A stretch of 60,904 nucleotides of DNA. It comes from an uncultured Bacilli bacterium (GTDB lineage Bacteria > Bacillota_I > Bacilli_A > RF39 > UBA660). Numbering within the stretch: position 1 is the first letter of the stretch; the number at the start of each line of letters is the position of its first letter. The translations under genes and the position numbers were made by a program. The notes beneath the pieces were generated by a model, which saw only the letters and a list, made by a program, of their open reading frames with translations, did not search any database and was not told the origin of the DNA. The stretch is taken from assembly GCA_944332435.1 (NCBI GenBank), contig CALVJW010000004.1:1-60904 (forward strand). The letters run 5' to 3'. Shown one piece after another: positions 48,071 to 57,621 of the stretch.

Positions 48071-49331
48071 ATTAGATATTGATGTTTATGAAGAAACATT
48101 GGAGAGTGGCTTAGCGGTTTATGTAGCTGTAAAAGAAAATAGTAGCCGAAATTATGTAGCGCTTACAACACGTTATGGAAGTGACACAATTTCTTTTGTA
48201 CCACGAGGAAAGAAAAAGATGATTGATGTTCCACTTGGAGTTGCTCACTTTTTAGAGCACCAAATGTTCGAGATGGAAGATGGAACAAATCCATTGGAAG
48301 AATTTAGTAAAAGTGGTAGTAATGCTAATGCTTATACCAATAATGACCAAACTTGTTATCTATTTTCTGGTGTTCACAATGTATTAGAAAACTTAGAATA
48401 TTTATTAAAATATGTATCAGAACCATATTTTACTGATCAATCAGTAGAAAAAGAAAAAGGCATTATTATTGAAGAATTAAAGATGTATGCAGATATGCCA
48501 GATACCGTTTTATATAATACAATCTTTAAAAATACGATGAAATTACATCCATCGAAAGAACCGGTAATTGGAACAATTCAAGATATCAAAAGGACAACAA
48601 AAGAAGATTTATATACTTGCTATGAAACTTTTTATCATCCTAGTAATATGTATTTGTTAGTAGTAGGGAACGTTGATCCGAAAGCGGTGATAGAAATCGC
48701 AAGAAATAGTTCTCTTAATCAAAAACATCAGAAGGATAAAAAAGAAAGCGTTCAAGTAAAACATTATGATGAACCAAAAACAGTGGTAAAAAAATATGAG
48801 AAAAAAACATTAGATATTGTGTTACCTAAAATTGCTATTACATGGAAGTTAAATTTAGAACATAAAAGTGTAGAAGAAAAGAAAAAATTAAATCAATATT
48901 TATCGATTTTATTTTCTGCCAAGTTTGGTTCTTCCTCTCTTTGTTTAGAAGAGTTAAGAAACGAAGAAATTATTTCTGATATTTTATATTTAGATCGCGT
49001 AACGATTGATGATTATGTGCTTTATATGATGATAGGAGAAACCAAAGAATATGAAACTTTATTAGAAAAGGTAAAAAAAGAAATGAAAGAAATTACTATT
49101 TCTAAGGAAGACTTTGAACGTAAGAAAAAAGTATTAATTAGTTCTTATATTTATATGAGTGATAATGTTGATAGTATTGCAGGGGCACTTGATGAAACAA
49201 TTTATTATTATCATCAGATAGATGATGATTGGTATCAATTTTTAAGAAATCTTACTTGGGAAGAAATGAATGAAATGATTCAAATGATTGATTTTAATCA
49301 TTTCAGTGTTGTTGTATTAGAGAGTAATTAA
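48048..49331 (+). CDS. M16 (pitrilysin) family zinc peptidase, catalytic member of pair 2
   Basis: 'GVAHFLEHQMFE' inverted zinc motif; 427 aa. Confidence 0.8.
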   Translation: MKKLTLNKLDIDVYEETLESGLAVYVAVKENSSRNYVALTTRYGSDTISFVPRGKKKMIDVPLGVAHFLEHQMFEMEDGTNPLEEFSKSGSNANAYTNNDQTCYLFSGVHNVLENLEYLLKYVSEPYFTDQSVEKEKGIIIEELKMYADMPDTVLYNTIFKNTMKLHPSKEPVIGTIQDIKRTTKEDLYTCYETFYHPSNMYLLVVGNVDPKAVIEIARNSSLNQKHQKDKKESVQVKHYDEPKTVVKKYEKKTLDIVLPKIAITWKLNLEHKSVEEKKKLNQYLSILFSAKFGSSSLCLEELRNEEIISDILYLDRVTIDDYVLYMMIGETKEYETLLEKVKKEMKEITISKEDFERKKKVLISSYIYMSDNVDSIAGALDETIYYYHQIDDDWYQFLRNLTWEEMNEMIQMIDFNHFSVVVLESN

Positions 49332-49425
49332 TGCTCTTTTTTAGTGCACTAAATAAAGAAAGTATATTGATAGAATGATAGAAAATTGATATACTAAAGT
49401 TAGAATAGAAGGAGTGAATAAAAGA

Positions 49426-49788
49426 ATGAATCAAAAAAGATATTAGGGATTTACGTTAATTGAATTACTCGCAGTTATCGTAATCTTAGCTGTAATCGCT
49501 TTAATCGCAACCCCACTCATTATGAATGTCATTAATGATGCGAAAAAAGGAGCATCAAGAGACGCTGGGTATAATGTCATAAAAGCAGCAGAATTAAGGG
49601 CGGCAACCGAAGGAATTGCTGGTGTTAATCCACCATATCATTATGATGAAACAAGTAATCTTCGTGTTTCAAGTACAAATTTTGTATAGTGCGTGGACAG
49701 AGATGATAACTTGTATGACAGTATTGTTGATAATGCGAGCAACGGGATGTGCTCAGTTATCACTATTTCTAAAGGTATCTTATCTTAA
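49426..49788 (+). pseudogene. Decayed, internally deleted prepilin-type gene
   Basis: GGAG RBS then 'MNQKRY' followed by an in-frame TAG at 49444..49446, then 'GFTLIELLAVIVILAVIALIATP...'. TAG stop at 49687 after '...SSTNFV'. A shifted frame then ends '...GMCSVITISKGILS*', which matches the tail of the gene at 1..963. Confidence 0.75.
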
Positions 49789-49935
49789 ATATGATTAATG
49801 TGAATAGGGTATGGGGAAATATTAAAACTTTATGTTTTATTTGTAGTAGGTGTAGTATAAGGTGACTTTTTCTTATTGACTGCTTGCGGTAAAATTTGTA
49901 ACGTAGTATAATATTTTTAGGATAGGAGCTGGAAT

Positions 49936-50313
49936 ATGAATCAGAAGGGATTTACATTAATTGAACTCTTAGCAACCATCGCAGTACTTTCTATTATTGC
50001 TTTAATTACAACCCCAACAGTTTATAGAGCGATTACAAATTCACGAAACAAAGCTTATAATGATCAAGTATCAGCAATTATTACTGGTGCAAAAGCGTGG
50101 AGTACAGATCAAAAGAATTTTTATAAATTACCTGGTAAAAGTGAAAAGATTAGTGTAACGTTAAAAGAATTAAAAACTGGGGGATATGTAGATAGTAAAA
50201 TTGTTAATATAAAAAATGGTAAAAAATTTGACGATAACTGTACGAAAGTGGATATTACTTATGATGGAAAGAAATTAAAATACCAATTAAATTTGTCAAG
50301 TTGTACAAATTAA
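49936..50313 (+). CDS. Prepilin-type N-terminal cleavage/methylation domain protein (ComGC/pseudopilin-like, 125 aa)
   Basis: 'MNQKGFTLIELLATIAVLSIIALITTP' gives the G|FTLIE class III signal. GGATAGGAG RBS. Confidence 0.85.
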   Translation: MNQKGFTLIELLATIAVLSIIALITTPTVYRAITNSRNKAYNDQVSAIITGAKAWSTDQKNFYKLPGKSEKISVTLKELKTGGYVDSKIVNIKNGKKFDDNCTKVDITYDGKKLKYQLNLSSCTN

Positions 50314-50424
50314 ATGTCTAAAAATGAAAAACTAAAGAAAAGATGTTTTCTTTTATTCTAAATTGTGTTAAAATGAAACAGTAGAATGTATCGTAATAGG
50401 CTAGTTAATGAAGGAGGAGTTAGT

Positions 50425-50832
50425 GTGGCACTAAATTTTAAAAAAATCTTTGATGGTGAAGATGATATGTATGAAAAAAGTTCAGGAGATGAATATTATA
50501 AATTATCTGCTGATGAAGCAATTGATAAAAATGGTGGTTCTAAAATGATTTTATTAGAGCCTCGTGCATATTCTGAATCCCAACAAATCGTTGATTATTT
50601 AAAGAATAGAAATGCAGTTGTTGTAAATTTAAAAAGGGTTACTAGTGACCAAGCAAAGCGTATTGTTGATTTTTTAAGTGGAACAATTTATGCGATTGGT
50701 GGAGATTTACAAAAAATTGGTGGAGGTATTTTCTTATGTACACCAAATAACGTAAATGTTCAAGGAAAAATTACGGATGATAATGATGGAAAAGATATCC
50801 ATGACAATGATGATATTAATATTGAATGGTAA
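50425..50832 (+). CDS. sepF: Cell division protein SepF
   Basis: '[31 protein letters not shown]....[27 protein letters not shown]'. GTG start 7 nt after AAGGAGG. Confidence 0.85.
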   Translation: MALNFKKIFDGEDDMYEKSSGDEYYKLSADEAIDKNGGSKMILLEPRAYSESQQIVDYLKNRNAVVVNLKRVTSDQAKRIVDFLSGTIYAIGGDLQKIGGGIFLCTPNNVNVQGKITDDNDGKDIHDNDDINIEW

Positions 50833-50899
50833 ATGTAAAAATTGATTGAATTAGAAATAAAAGTGTGCTACAATAGGTCGTAGTGCCAGAGGTGATGAT

Positions 50900-51358
50900 A
50901 TGGATAAGTTTAATCGAACACTTCGTGGTTATGATCCAATTGAAGTAAATAACTTTTTAGATAAAGTTATTAAACAAGTGGAAATAATGGTTGGGGAATT
51001 AAACGAAAAAGACGAAAAGATTGCTCGTTTAGAAGCACTTTCAAAAGAAAATGACATGTTAAAGCAAAAATTAGATCAATATCGTAGAACAGAAGAAACG
51101 ATGAATCGAGCAATTATGATGGCACAAAAAACATCAGATCAGATGAAAGTGGCTGCTCATCATGAATGTGAAGTTATTATTAATGATGCAAAACGTAATG
51201 CGAATCGCATTATCAATGAAGCCCTTTTAAGAGCAGAAAAAACAGAGCAAGAAGCCAATATGTTAAGGCGTAATATTAGTATATTTAAACGTCGATTAAG
51301 AAATATCATCGAAGCACAGCTAGAAATGGTTGAAGAAATTGACCATGTAGAATTATAA
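50900..51358 (+). CDS. divIVA: DivIVA domain protein
   Basis: 'F.RTLRGYDPIEVNNFLDKV' N-terminal lipid-binding motif plus coiled coil. sepF ... divIVA-ileS order as in Bacillus. Confidence 0.85.
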   Translation: MDKFNRTLRGYDPIEVNNFLDKVIKQVEIMVGELNEKDEKIARLEALSKENDMLKQKLDQYRRTEETMNRAIMMAQKTSDQMKVAAHHECEVIINDAKRNANRIINEALLRAEKTEQEANMLRRNISIFKRRLRNIIEAQLEMVEEIDHVEL

Positions 51359-51364
51359 AACAAT

Positions 51365-51575
51365 AGAGAAAGACGGTATATGGCTGGACTTATAGAAAGT
51401 TCGTGGTTGATGGAAACGAATACGAAGGTTATATATAGATCACTTTTGATGTGACTAATGAAGATTAGTCCGGGTAACGCCGTTATCGTATTAAGTGTAT
51501 AAACTCATTATAAAATAAGGTGGTACCGCGGGAAAACTCGTCCTTATAATTAATGAGTTTTTTTATATTAAATAT
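51365..51575 (+). promoter_or_regulatory. T-box riboswitch leader controlling ileS
   Basis: Conserved T-box sequence 'AAGGTGGTACCGCG' at about 51518..51530, AGAGA/GA-motif near the 5' end, and a candidate Ile specifier ATC followed by A at 51439..51442. The terminator-like helix ends in TTTTTTT at about 51558..51565. Confidence 0.8.
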
Positions 51576-51586
51576 AGGAGGTTTTT

Positions 51587-54500
51587 ATGGGACAATTTAA
51601 AGAATTAAGTAAAGAAAAAGTAAATGTAGTAGAAAGTAAGATTTTAAAAGAATGGAAAGAGAAAGATATTTTAAATTTAACAATTGAAAATAGAAAAGGT
51701 GCTAAAGATTTTGTTTTTTATGATGGACCAATTTATGCGAATGCGAAACCTGGAATTCATCATGTTTTTGCGAAAACAATTAAAGATGCTTTTTGTAAAT
51801 ATAAAACAATGCGTGGGTATCGTGTTCTAAGAAAAATTGGACTTGATACGCATGGACTTCCAATTGAAGTAAATGTTGAAAAAAAATTAGGTTTTCAATC
51901 AAAAGTTGATATTGAAAAATTTGGAATTGAGAAATTTTGTACAGAATGTAAAAATGAAACGGATAGTAATATTGATGAAGTAAAAAAGGTAACTGATATG
52001 ATGGGACAATTTATTGACTGTGACCATCCCTATGTTACTTGTAGTAATGAATATATTGAATCTGAATGGTGGATTGTAAATGAACTTAATAAAAAAGGAT
52101 TACTTTATCATGGTAATAAAGTACTTCCTTATTGTCCTAGATGTGGTACTGAACTTGCAAGTCACGAAGTATCACAAGGATACAAAGAAGTTAGTGTAAA
52201 TACGGTTATCGTACCATTTAAATTAGTAGGAAAAGAGGAATATTTCTTAGTATGGACGACAACTCCTTGGACATTAATGGCTAATGTAGCTGCCTGTGTA
52301 AATCCTGATTTAAAATATGTAAAAGTAGCATCTCGTGGTTATAAATTTATTTTATGTTCTAGCTTAGTAAGTAATGTATTAGGAGATGACTATGAAGTTT
52401 TAGAAACATATAAAGGAACTGACTTAGTTGGAATAAAATATGAACAATTTATGCCATTTGTTAAAGTAGAAGGAAAGGCTTTTGAAGTAATTGCTGATTC
52501 TTATGTAACAGATACAGATGGTACTGGTATTGTTCATATTGCTCCAGCATATGGAGCTGATGATAATCGTATTTGTATGGATAATGGAATTGGATTTGTA
52601 AACCCAGTTGGACCTGATGGACGATATAAAGAAGGGCCTTGGAAAGGTACTTTAGTAACAGATCCAGAATTAGAACTTACGATTATTAAATGGTTAAAAG
52701 AAAATGATAAGTTATTTAAAAAACAAAAAATAACACATGATTATCCACATTGTTGGCGATGTAAACAACCACTTATTTACTTTGCTAAACCAGCTTGGTA
52801 TGTAAGAAATACGGCTTATAAAGAAGAAATTATCAAAGCAAATGAAACTGTAAATTGGTATCCTGATTATATTGGTAAAAAGAGATTTGCTAACTGGTTA
52901 GAAAATATGATTGATTGGGGTATTTCTAGAAATCGTTATTGGGGATGTCCTCTTCCAATTTGGACTTGTGAATGTGGTCATTTTGAAACAATTGGTTCAG
53001 TAGCAGAATTAAAAGAAAAGGCAATTGAAAAAGTAGATGATAATTTAGAATTACATCGTCCATATGTTGATCAAATTCATCTTACTTGTCCACATTGTGG
53101 TAAAAAAATGAGTAGAGTAAGTGATGTAATGGATGTATGGTTTGATTCTGGTGCGATGCCATACGCACAGTTCCATTATCCATTTGAAAATAAAGAATTA
53201 TTTGAATCACAATTTCCAGCTGATTTTATTGCAGAAGGAGTAGATCAAACAAGAGGTTGGTTCTACGTATTAATTGTTCTTTCAACTCTAATTAGTGGAA
53301 AATCTAGTTTCAAAAATGTTGTAGTAAATGATATGATGCTAGATGCGAATGGAAAGAAAATGAGCAAGTCAACAGGTAATATTATTAATCCAATTGAGAT
53401 TATGGAAAAATATGGTGCTGATCCAGTTCGTTTCTATATGTTATATGCTTCTCCAATTTGGACACCACTTAAATTTGATGAAGAAGGATTAAAAGAGGTA
53501 CATTCTAAATTCTTTAATACTTTAAAAAATACCTATAACTTCTTTAGTTTATATGCGAATACGGATAAAGTAGATCCAAGAGAATTTGAAGTTGATTACC
53601 AAGATAGAACACTCATTGATAAATGGTTAATATCTAAATATCATCAATTATTAAAAGATGTTACAAGTTACTACGAAGAATATGATTTGACAAAAGTAGT
53701 GCGTAGTATTACAAACTTTGTGAATGAAGATTTATCAAATTGGTATATTAGAAGAAATAGAAGAAGATTCTGGGCAAGTGAGTTAGACCTTGATAAAAAA
53801 GCAGTTTATAAAACAACTTATGAAGTATTAGTTGGATTATGTGAAATGATAGCACCAATTGTACCTTATCTTTCAGAAGAAATGTATCAAGCATTAACAG
53901 GAAAAGATTCTGTTCATTTAGCTGACTTTCCAATTTATAATGAACAGTTGATTGATAAAACAATTGAAGAAAAAATGGATTTAGTTCGTGATTTAATTAG
54001 TTTAGGTAGAAATGCAAGAGAAGAAGCTAAAATTAAAGTTAGACAGCCATTAAGCGAAGTTATTATTGATGGTAAAAATAAAGAAATTATTGGAGAACTT
54101 ACAGATTTGATTTTAGAAGAATTAAATGTAAAAGAAGTTGTCTATGAAGATAATTTAAGTAATTTTATGAATTTCACAGTGTTACCTAATTATAAAGTAG
54201 CAGGACCAATCTTTGGTTCTAATATTAAAGCTTATGCAAAAGCATTAACAGAACTTTCTTTAGAACAAATTATGAGCTTACAAAATGAAGAAAATGTTGA
54301 TATTTTAGTAGATGATGTAGAATACAACATTTCAAGTGATATGGTCGTAATTCGTATTGTATCTAAAGAAGGATTTAATGCTCAAATGGAAAATAATCAC
54401 TTCATTATTTTAGATACAGAATTAACAGAGGATTTAATTTATGAAGGAATTGCACGTGAACTTGTTTCTAAGGTACAAAATTTAAGAAAAAATAAAGATT

Positions 54501-54691
54501 TTGAAGTAGCAGATCGTATTATATTATATTATCATGGTGATGAAAATTTTGAAAAAGCACTTACAAAATTTAAAGAGTTTGTACAAAATGAAACTTTAGC
54601 TTTAAATATTACAAAGAAAGAGAATCTTGAAGTGGCTTATGATTTAAATGGTCATGAAGTATATCTTGATGTTGAAAAGGTATCAAAATAA
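51587..54691 (+). CDS. ileS: Isoleucine--tRNA ligase (long, type-2-like form, 1034 aa)
   Basis: HIGH-type 'PGIHHVFAK', 'KMSKS', CP1 editing region and zinc-binding Cys pairs. Preceded by a T-box leader. Confidence 0.95.
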   Translation: MGQFKELSKEKVNVVESKILKEWKEKDILNLTIENRKGAKDFVFYDGPIYANAKPGIHHVFAKTIKDAFCKYKTMRGYRVLRKIGLDTHGLPIEVNVEKKLGFQSKVDIEKFGIEKFCTECKNETDSNIDEVKKVTDMMGQFIDCDHPYVTCSNEYIESEWWIVNELNKKGLLYHGNKVLPYCPRCGTELASHEVSQGYKEVSVNTVIVPFKLVGKEEYFLVWTTTPWTLMANVAACVNPDLKYVKVASRGYKFILCSSLVSNVLGDDYEVLETYKGTDLVGIKYEQFMPFVKVEGKAFEVIADSYVTDTDGTGIVHIAPAYGADDNRICMDNGIGFVNPVGPDGRYKEGPWKGTLVTDPELELTIIKWLKENDKLFKKQKITHDYPHCWRCKQPLIYFAKPAWYVRNTAYKEEIIKANETVNWYPDYIGKKRFANWLENMIDWGISRNRYWGCPLPIWTCECGHFETIGSVAELKEKAIEKVDDNLELHRPYVDQIHLTCPHCGKKMSRVSDVMDVWFDSGAMPYAQFHYPFENKELFESQFPADFIAEGVDQTRGWFYVLIVLSTLISGKSSFKNVVVNDMMLDANGKKMSKSTGNIINPIEIMEKYGADPVRFYMLYASPIWTPLKFDEEGLKEVHSKFFNTLKNTYNFFSLYANTDKVDPREFEVDYQDRTLIDKWLISKYHQLLKDVTSYYEEYDLTKVVRSITNFVNEDLSNWYIRRNRRRFWASELDLDKKAVYKTTYEVLVGLCEMIAPIVPYLSEEMYQALTGKDSVHLADFPIYNEQLIDKTIEEKMDLVRDLISLGRNAREEAKIKVRQPLSEVIIDGKNKEIIGELTDLILEELNVKEVVYEDNLSNFMNFTVLPNYKVAGPIFGSNIKAYAKALTELSLEQIMSLQNEENVDILVDDVEYNISSDMVVIRIVSKEGFNAQMENNHFIILDTELTEDLIYEGIARELVSKVQNLRKNKDFEVADRIILYYHGDENFEKALTKFKEFVQNETLALNITKKENLEVAYDLNGHEVYLDVEKVSK

Positions 54692-54776
54692 TTCTGAAAG
54701 AATAAACAGAAATAATATGAACCTCGTTTCTTGAAAATAGAAGCGAGGTTTTTGTATGAGTAAATTAAGTTATGAA
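54641..54776 (+). repeat. ileS 3' end (A1, 54641..54704) plus terminator and downstream segment (B1, 54723..54776); both are duplicated downstream
   Basis: A1 matches 56041..56095 (35 of the first 38 nt, then a 10-nt gap). B1 matches 55961..56013 (hairpin plus 'TTTTTGTATGA.TAAATTAAGTTATGAA'). Confidence 0.85.
54720..54753 (+). terminator. ileS rho-independent terminator
   Basis: CCTCGTTTCT ... AGAAGCGAGG hairpin followed by TTTTT. Confidence 0.8.
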
Positions 54777-55153
54777 GATACAAGTTCAAATTTATATTTA
54801 AATGTAGTTACTGATATAATTGACAGAGATAATAGTGTTAGTAATAAAAAAAAAAGAAAGTAAGTAAATAAACTCAAAATATGATTGGATTGATAAAGTA
54901 CAAGACAATTTTGAGAAATTTATAAAATAGATACACATAATTAATGTGGAATCGTAAATAAGCAAAAGAAAAATGAGTTTAAAAAAAGGAAAAGGTAACG
55001 CAAATAAACAAATTAAGAGTATCATTTTATTTAATACTGCCATGTGTTTTAAGGACTAGTTGAAAATTATTAAAAATATGTTATAATCATTTTGAAAGGG
55101 TAAAAAATATTAGAATATAAGTTAAAACTAAAATTAAAGGAGAATTGAGAAAA

Positions 55154-55912
55154 ATGGATGAAAGAATTTATGAGCTGGTAGAAATATTAAAAAATGAATC
55201 TGGATTTTCGGAGGCGATGTTATATAAAAATTTAGTGTGTATTGAAAACGTTAAGAGTAGTTTTGATGAAAATGATTTTAAAATATTATATGCGGCTTTT
55301 GTTTTGATACACAATAAAATGGGAATTAGTTTAGAGGAATTTAATAAAAGTATTGAATCATTAATGGAATCACCTAAATTAGATAGGGCAGTATTGAATT
55401 TTAAAAATGCTATTGAAAAAGAGGAGTGGCTACAGATAGAACAACAGAGTCAAGAAGCCTATCCATATAAATTGTATATGAGTATTGATAATTCGGGTTT
55501 GTGTTATGTAGCAACTAAATTTATTCGAGAATGTTTAAAGAGAAATAGATATGATTTTTCTTTTAAAGTTAATTTGAGAGAAAGCGTAAATAGAAGAGAT
55601 AATTTGGTAGTTTTTTGCACGGAAGAAAATTTACAATTTTATTATAATATTTTAAAGTTATCTTCACATAAAGTTAAAGTGAATGCTCCACATTTATTAG
55701 GATACAATTTAGGAAAGAATATTTATGGAGGGCATGACTTTGAAAATGGAACTGTTAGCTATTCAGAAAAAATATGTGATGAATTTTATGAGCGATTATG
55801 TAATTCTGATTATCCAGAAGATATTGCTATCGACTTTTATGAAAATTTATATAGCGATGAGATGATAGAAATCATTGAAAATGGATCTTTAAAACAAAGT
55901 AAAAATAAATAA
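55154..55912 (+). CDS. Hypothetical protein (252 aa), possibly HopA1/phospholyase-like fold
   Basis: ORF with an AAGGAG RBS. 'YKLYMSI' ... 'FKVN......RRDNLVVFC' resembles motifs I associate with HopA1-family proteins or lanthipeptide lyase domains. This is a weak, memory-based call. Confidence 0.5.
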   Translation: MDERIYELVEILKNESGFSEAMLYKNLVCIENVKSSFDENDFKILYAAFVLIHNKMGISLEEFNKSIESLMESPKLDRAVLNFKNAIEKEEWLQIEQQSQEAYPYKLYMSIDNSGLCYVATKFIRECLKRNRYDFSFKVNLRESVNRRDNLVVFCTEENLQFYYNILKLSSHKVKVNAPHLLGYNLGKNIYGGHDFENGTVSYSEKICDEFYERLCNSDYPEDIAIDFYENLYSDEMIEIIENGSLKQSKNK

Positions 55913-55960
55913 TAAAATTTGAAGTTGTAAGATAAATGACGACATAAAAATGATATACTT

Positions 55961-55990
55961 CTCGTTTCTTAAATATAGAAACGAGTTTTT
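55961..55990 (+). terminator. Rho-independent terminator (copy of the ileS terminator)
   Basis: CTCGTTTCT ... AGAAACGAG hairpin followed by TTTTT. Confidence 0.75.
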
Positions 55991-56095
55991 GTATGAATAA
56001 ATTAAGTTATGAAATAAAAAGAAAATTTTGAGTTATTTATGATTTAAATGGATATGAAGTATATCTTGATGTCGAAAATAATTATGAAAGAGTAA
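55961..56095 (+). repeat. Second copies: terminator/downstream segment (B2, 55961..56013) followed by an ileS 3'-end remnant (A2, 56041..56095)
   Basis: Same sequences as 54723..54776 and 54641..54704, but in the order B then A. Confidence 0.85.
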
Positions 56096-56186
56096 CTAAA
56101 AACAACGTAAGCTAATATTTACTTTTCTATTTTTATTGAAAAAATAAGGAAACATTGATACAATTTTAGTATAAAGATGTTGAGGT

Positions 56187-56693
56187 GTGATGATGAAAAA
56201 TCAAGATAAAATTGTATTATTTTATGGAATGGATCCAGTAGATGGACAAATAAAAAATGGTACTTGTGATCGCATTGGGAGTACCGAAAAAGAGGACTTT
56301 CATATTCTTTGCTTTCGAGAATTTTGCAAATCCCATTTTTTAGATATCAAGGCTTTTCAGAATTTATCTTATCGTAGTTCTATTGATGTTGTTAGTTATT
56401 TTTTATCGCAAGTGATGGGACATGTTGTATTTTTGAATACTACTAAAGATATTGAAAAATATGGTTACTCAGGAATGTTTTTTATGCCACCAGAGTTAAC
56501 GGAAGAACAAGCAAAATTAGTAACGTCATTTACGGAAGAATTAACATCCTTTCAAATTGTAGTTAATTATGATATGGCATTAAATGCTGGTATTATTGAA
56601 GCTAAAACAAAACAGGCTACAAGTGATGTTAATATCAAAAAGTTTATTCAAGATTTTATTGATATACAATATCGAAAAGGGAAGAAGAAATAA
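56187..56693 (+). CDS. Hypothetical protein (about 166 aa)
   Basis: ORF behind GAGGTG. The exact start is uncertain (GTG or ATG within 56187..56195). Confidence 0.5.
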   Translation: MMMKNQDKIVLFYGMDPVDGQIKNGTCDRIGSTEKEDFHILCFREFCKSHFLDIKAFQNLSYRSSIDVVSYFLSQVMGHVVFLNTTKDIEKYGYSGMFFMPPELTEEQAKLVTSFTEELTSFQIVVNYDMALNAGIIEAKTKQATSDVNIKKFIQDFIDIQYRKGKKK

Positions 56694-56745
56694 TATAAAG
56701 ATAGTACTCATCAACACGATACTGGGTGGATTTTCTTAATAATAA

Positions 56746-56783
56746 AAAATCTAATAATTCATAATAGTAAATTATTAGATTTT
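56746..56783. terminator. Bidirectional terminator between convergent genes
   Basis: Perfect 14-bp stem AAAATCTAATAATT/AATTATTAGATTTT with a 10-nt loop, flanked by A and T runs. Confidence 0.8.
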
Positions 56784-56804
56784 TCAGTTATCTTGAAGAT
56801 ATGT

Positions 56805-57494
56805 TTATTTATTCTTTTTCATAAATTCTCGGAGCATTTTTGTAAGTGCTCTTTTTTCAATTCTTGATACATAACTACGAGATATTTTTAATTTTTTGGC
56901 AATCTCTTTTTGTGTTATTGCGTCTTGATTATCAAGTCCATATCTAGCAGTAATAATTTCTTTTTCTCTTGGTGTTAAAACTTGATAATACTGTTTTAAA
57001 AGATTAATATTATCTTGTTTATGTATATTCATTGCAAAATCTTGTTCTGGTGTTGTTAAAATATCTAAAAACGTAATTTCATTGCCGTCTTTATCAAAAC
57101 CAATCCCTTCATTAATACTAACATTTTTACTATTTTTCTTATCACTACGGAAATACATTAAGATTTCATTTTCAATGCATCTAGCACAATAAGTAGTAAT
57201 TCTAGTTCCATGTTTATAAGAGTAAGAGTCTACTCCTTTGATTAAACCAATGGTTCCAATACTAATTAAGTCATCCATATCTTCTTTTCTATGGTCATAT
57301 TTTTTTACAATATGTGCAACGAGTCTTAAGTTATGTTCAATTAATTTATTTCGCGCATCTTTATCTCCTAATTTTGCTTTTTTTACACATTCTTCTTCTT
57401 CCTCTTTTGATAGCGGGTCTGGAAATAAATTATTAGAGTAAGCAGCTGAAAATAAATAAAAATTTTGAAATATTTTTTTTATCCAATCAAACAA
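56805..57494 (-). CDS. sigK: Sporulation sigma factor SigK (pro-sigma-K), uninterrupted
   Basis: 'NNLFPDPLS' and 'LIEHNLRLVAHIVKKY', 'DLISIGTIGLIKGVDSY', 'YCARCIENEILMYFR', 'ISRSYVSRIEKRAL'. This is closer to B. subtilis SigK ('IEHNLRLVAHIVKKF') than to SigE ('IERNLRLVVYIARKF'), both from memory. Confidence 0.85.
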   Translation of the reverse strand: MFDWIKKIFQNFYLFSAAYSNNLFPDPLSKEEEEECVKKAKLGDKDARNKLIEHNLRLVAHIVKKYDHRKEDMDDLISIGTIGLIKGVDSYSYKHGTRITTYCARCIENEILMYFRSDKKNSKNVSINEGIGFDKDGNEITFLDILTTPEQDFAMNIHKQDNINLLKQYYQVLTPREKEIITARYGLDNQDAITQKEIAKKLKISRSYVSRIEKRALTKMLREFMKKNK

Positions 57495-57621
57495 ATTTTA
57501 TCACATCCTGATAATACTATATGAGTTTTTTTATTATTTAGAATGGTGGACAATATATCAATTTGTTTGATTGTATCTCATTTGTTTTTTCGGTATAATA
57601 AAAAGGAGTAGAGGTGATAAG

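Noticed and set aside
49616-49798. Listed 60-aa ORF in the pilin remnant region
   Set aside because: It is an out-of-frame reading through the decayed prepilin-type gene (49426..49788) and is better explained as part of that pseudogene.
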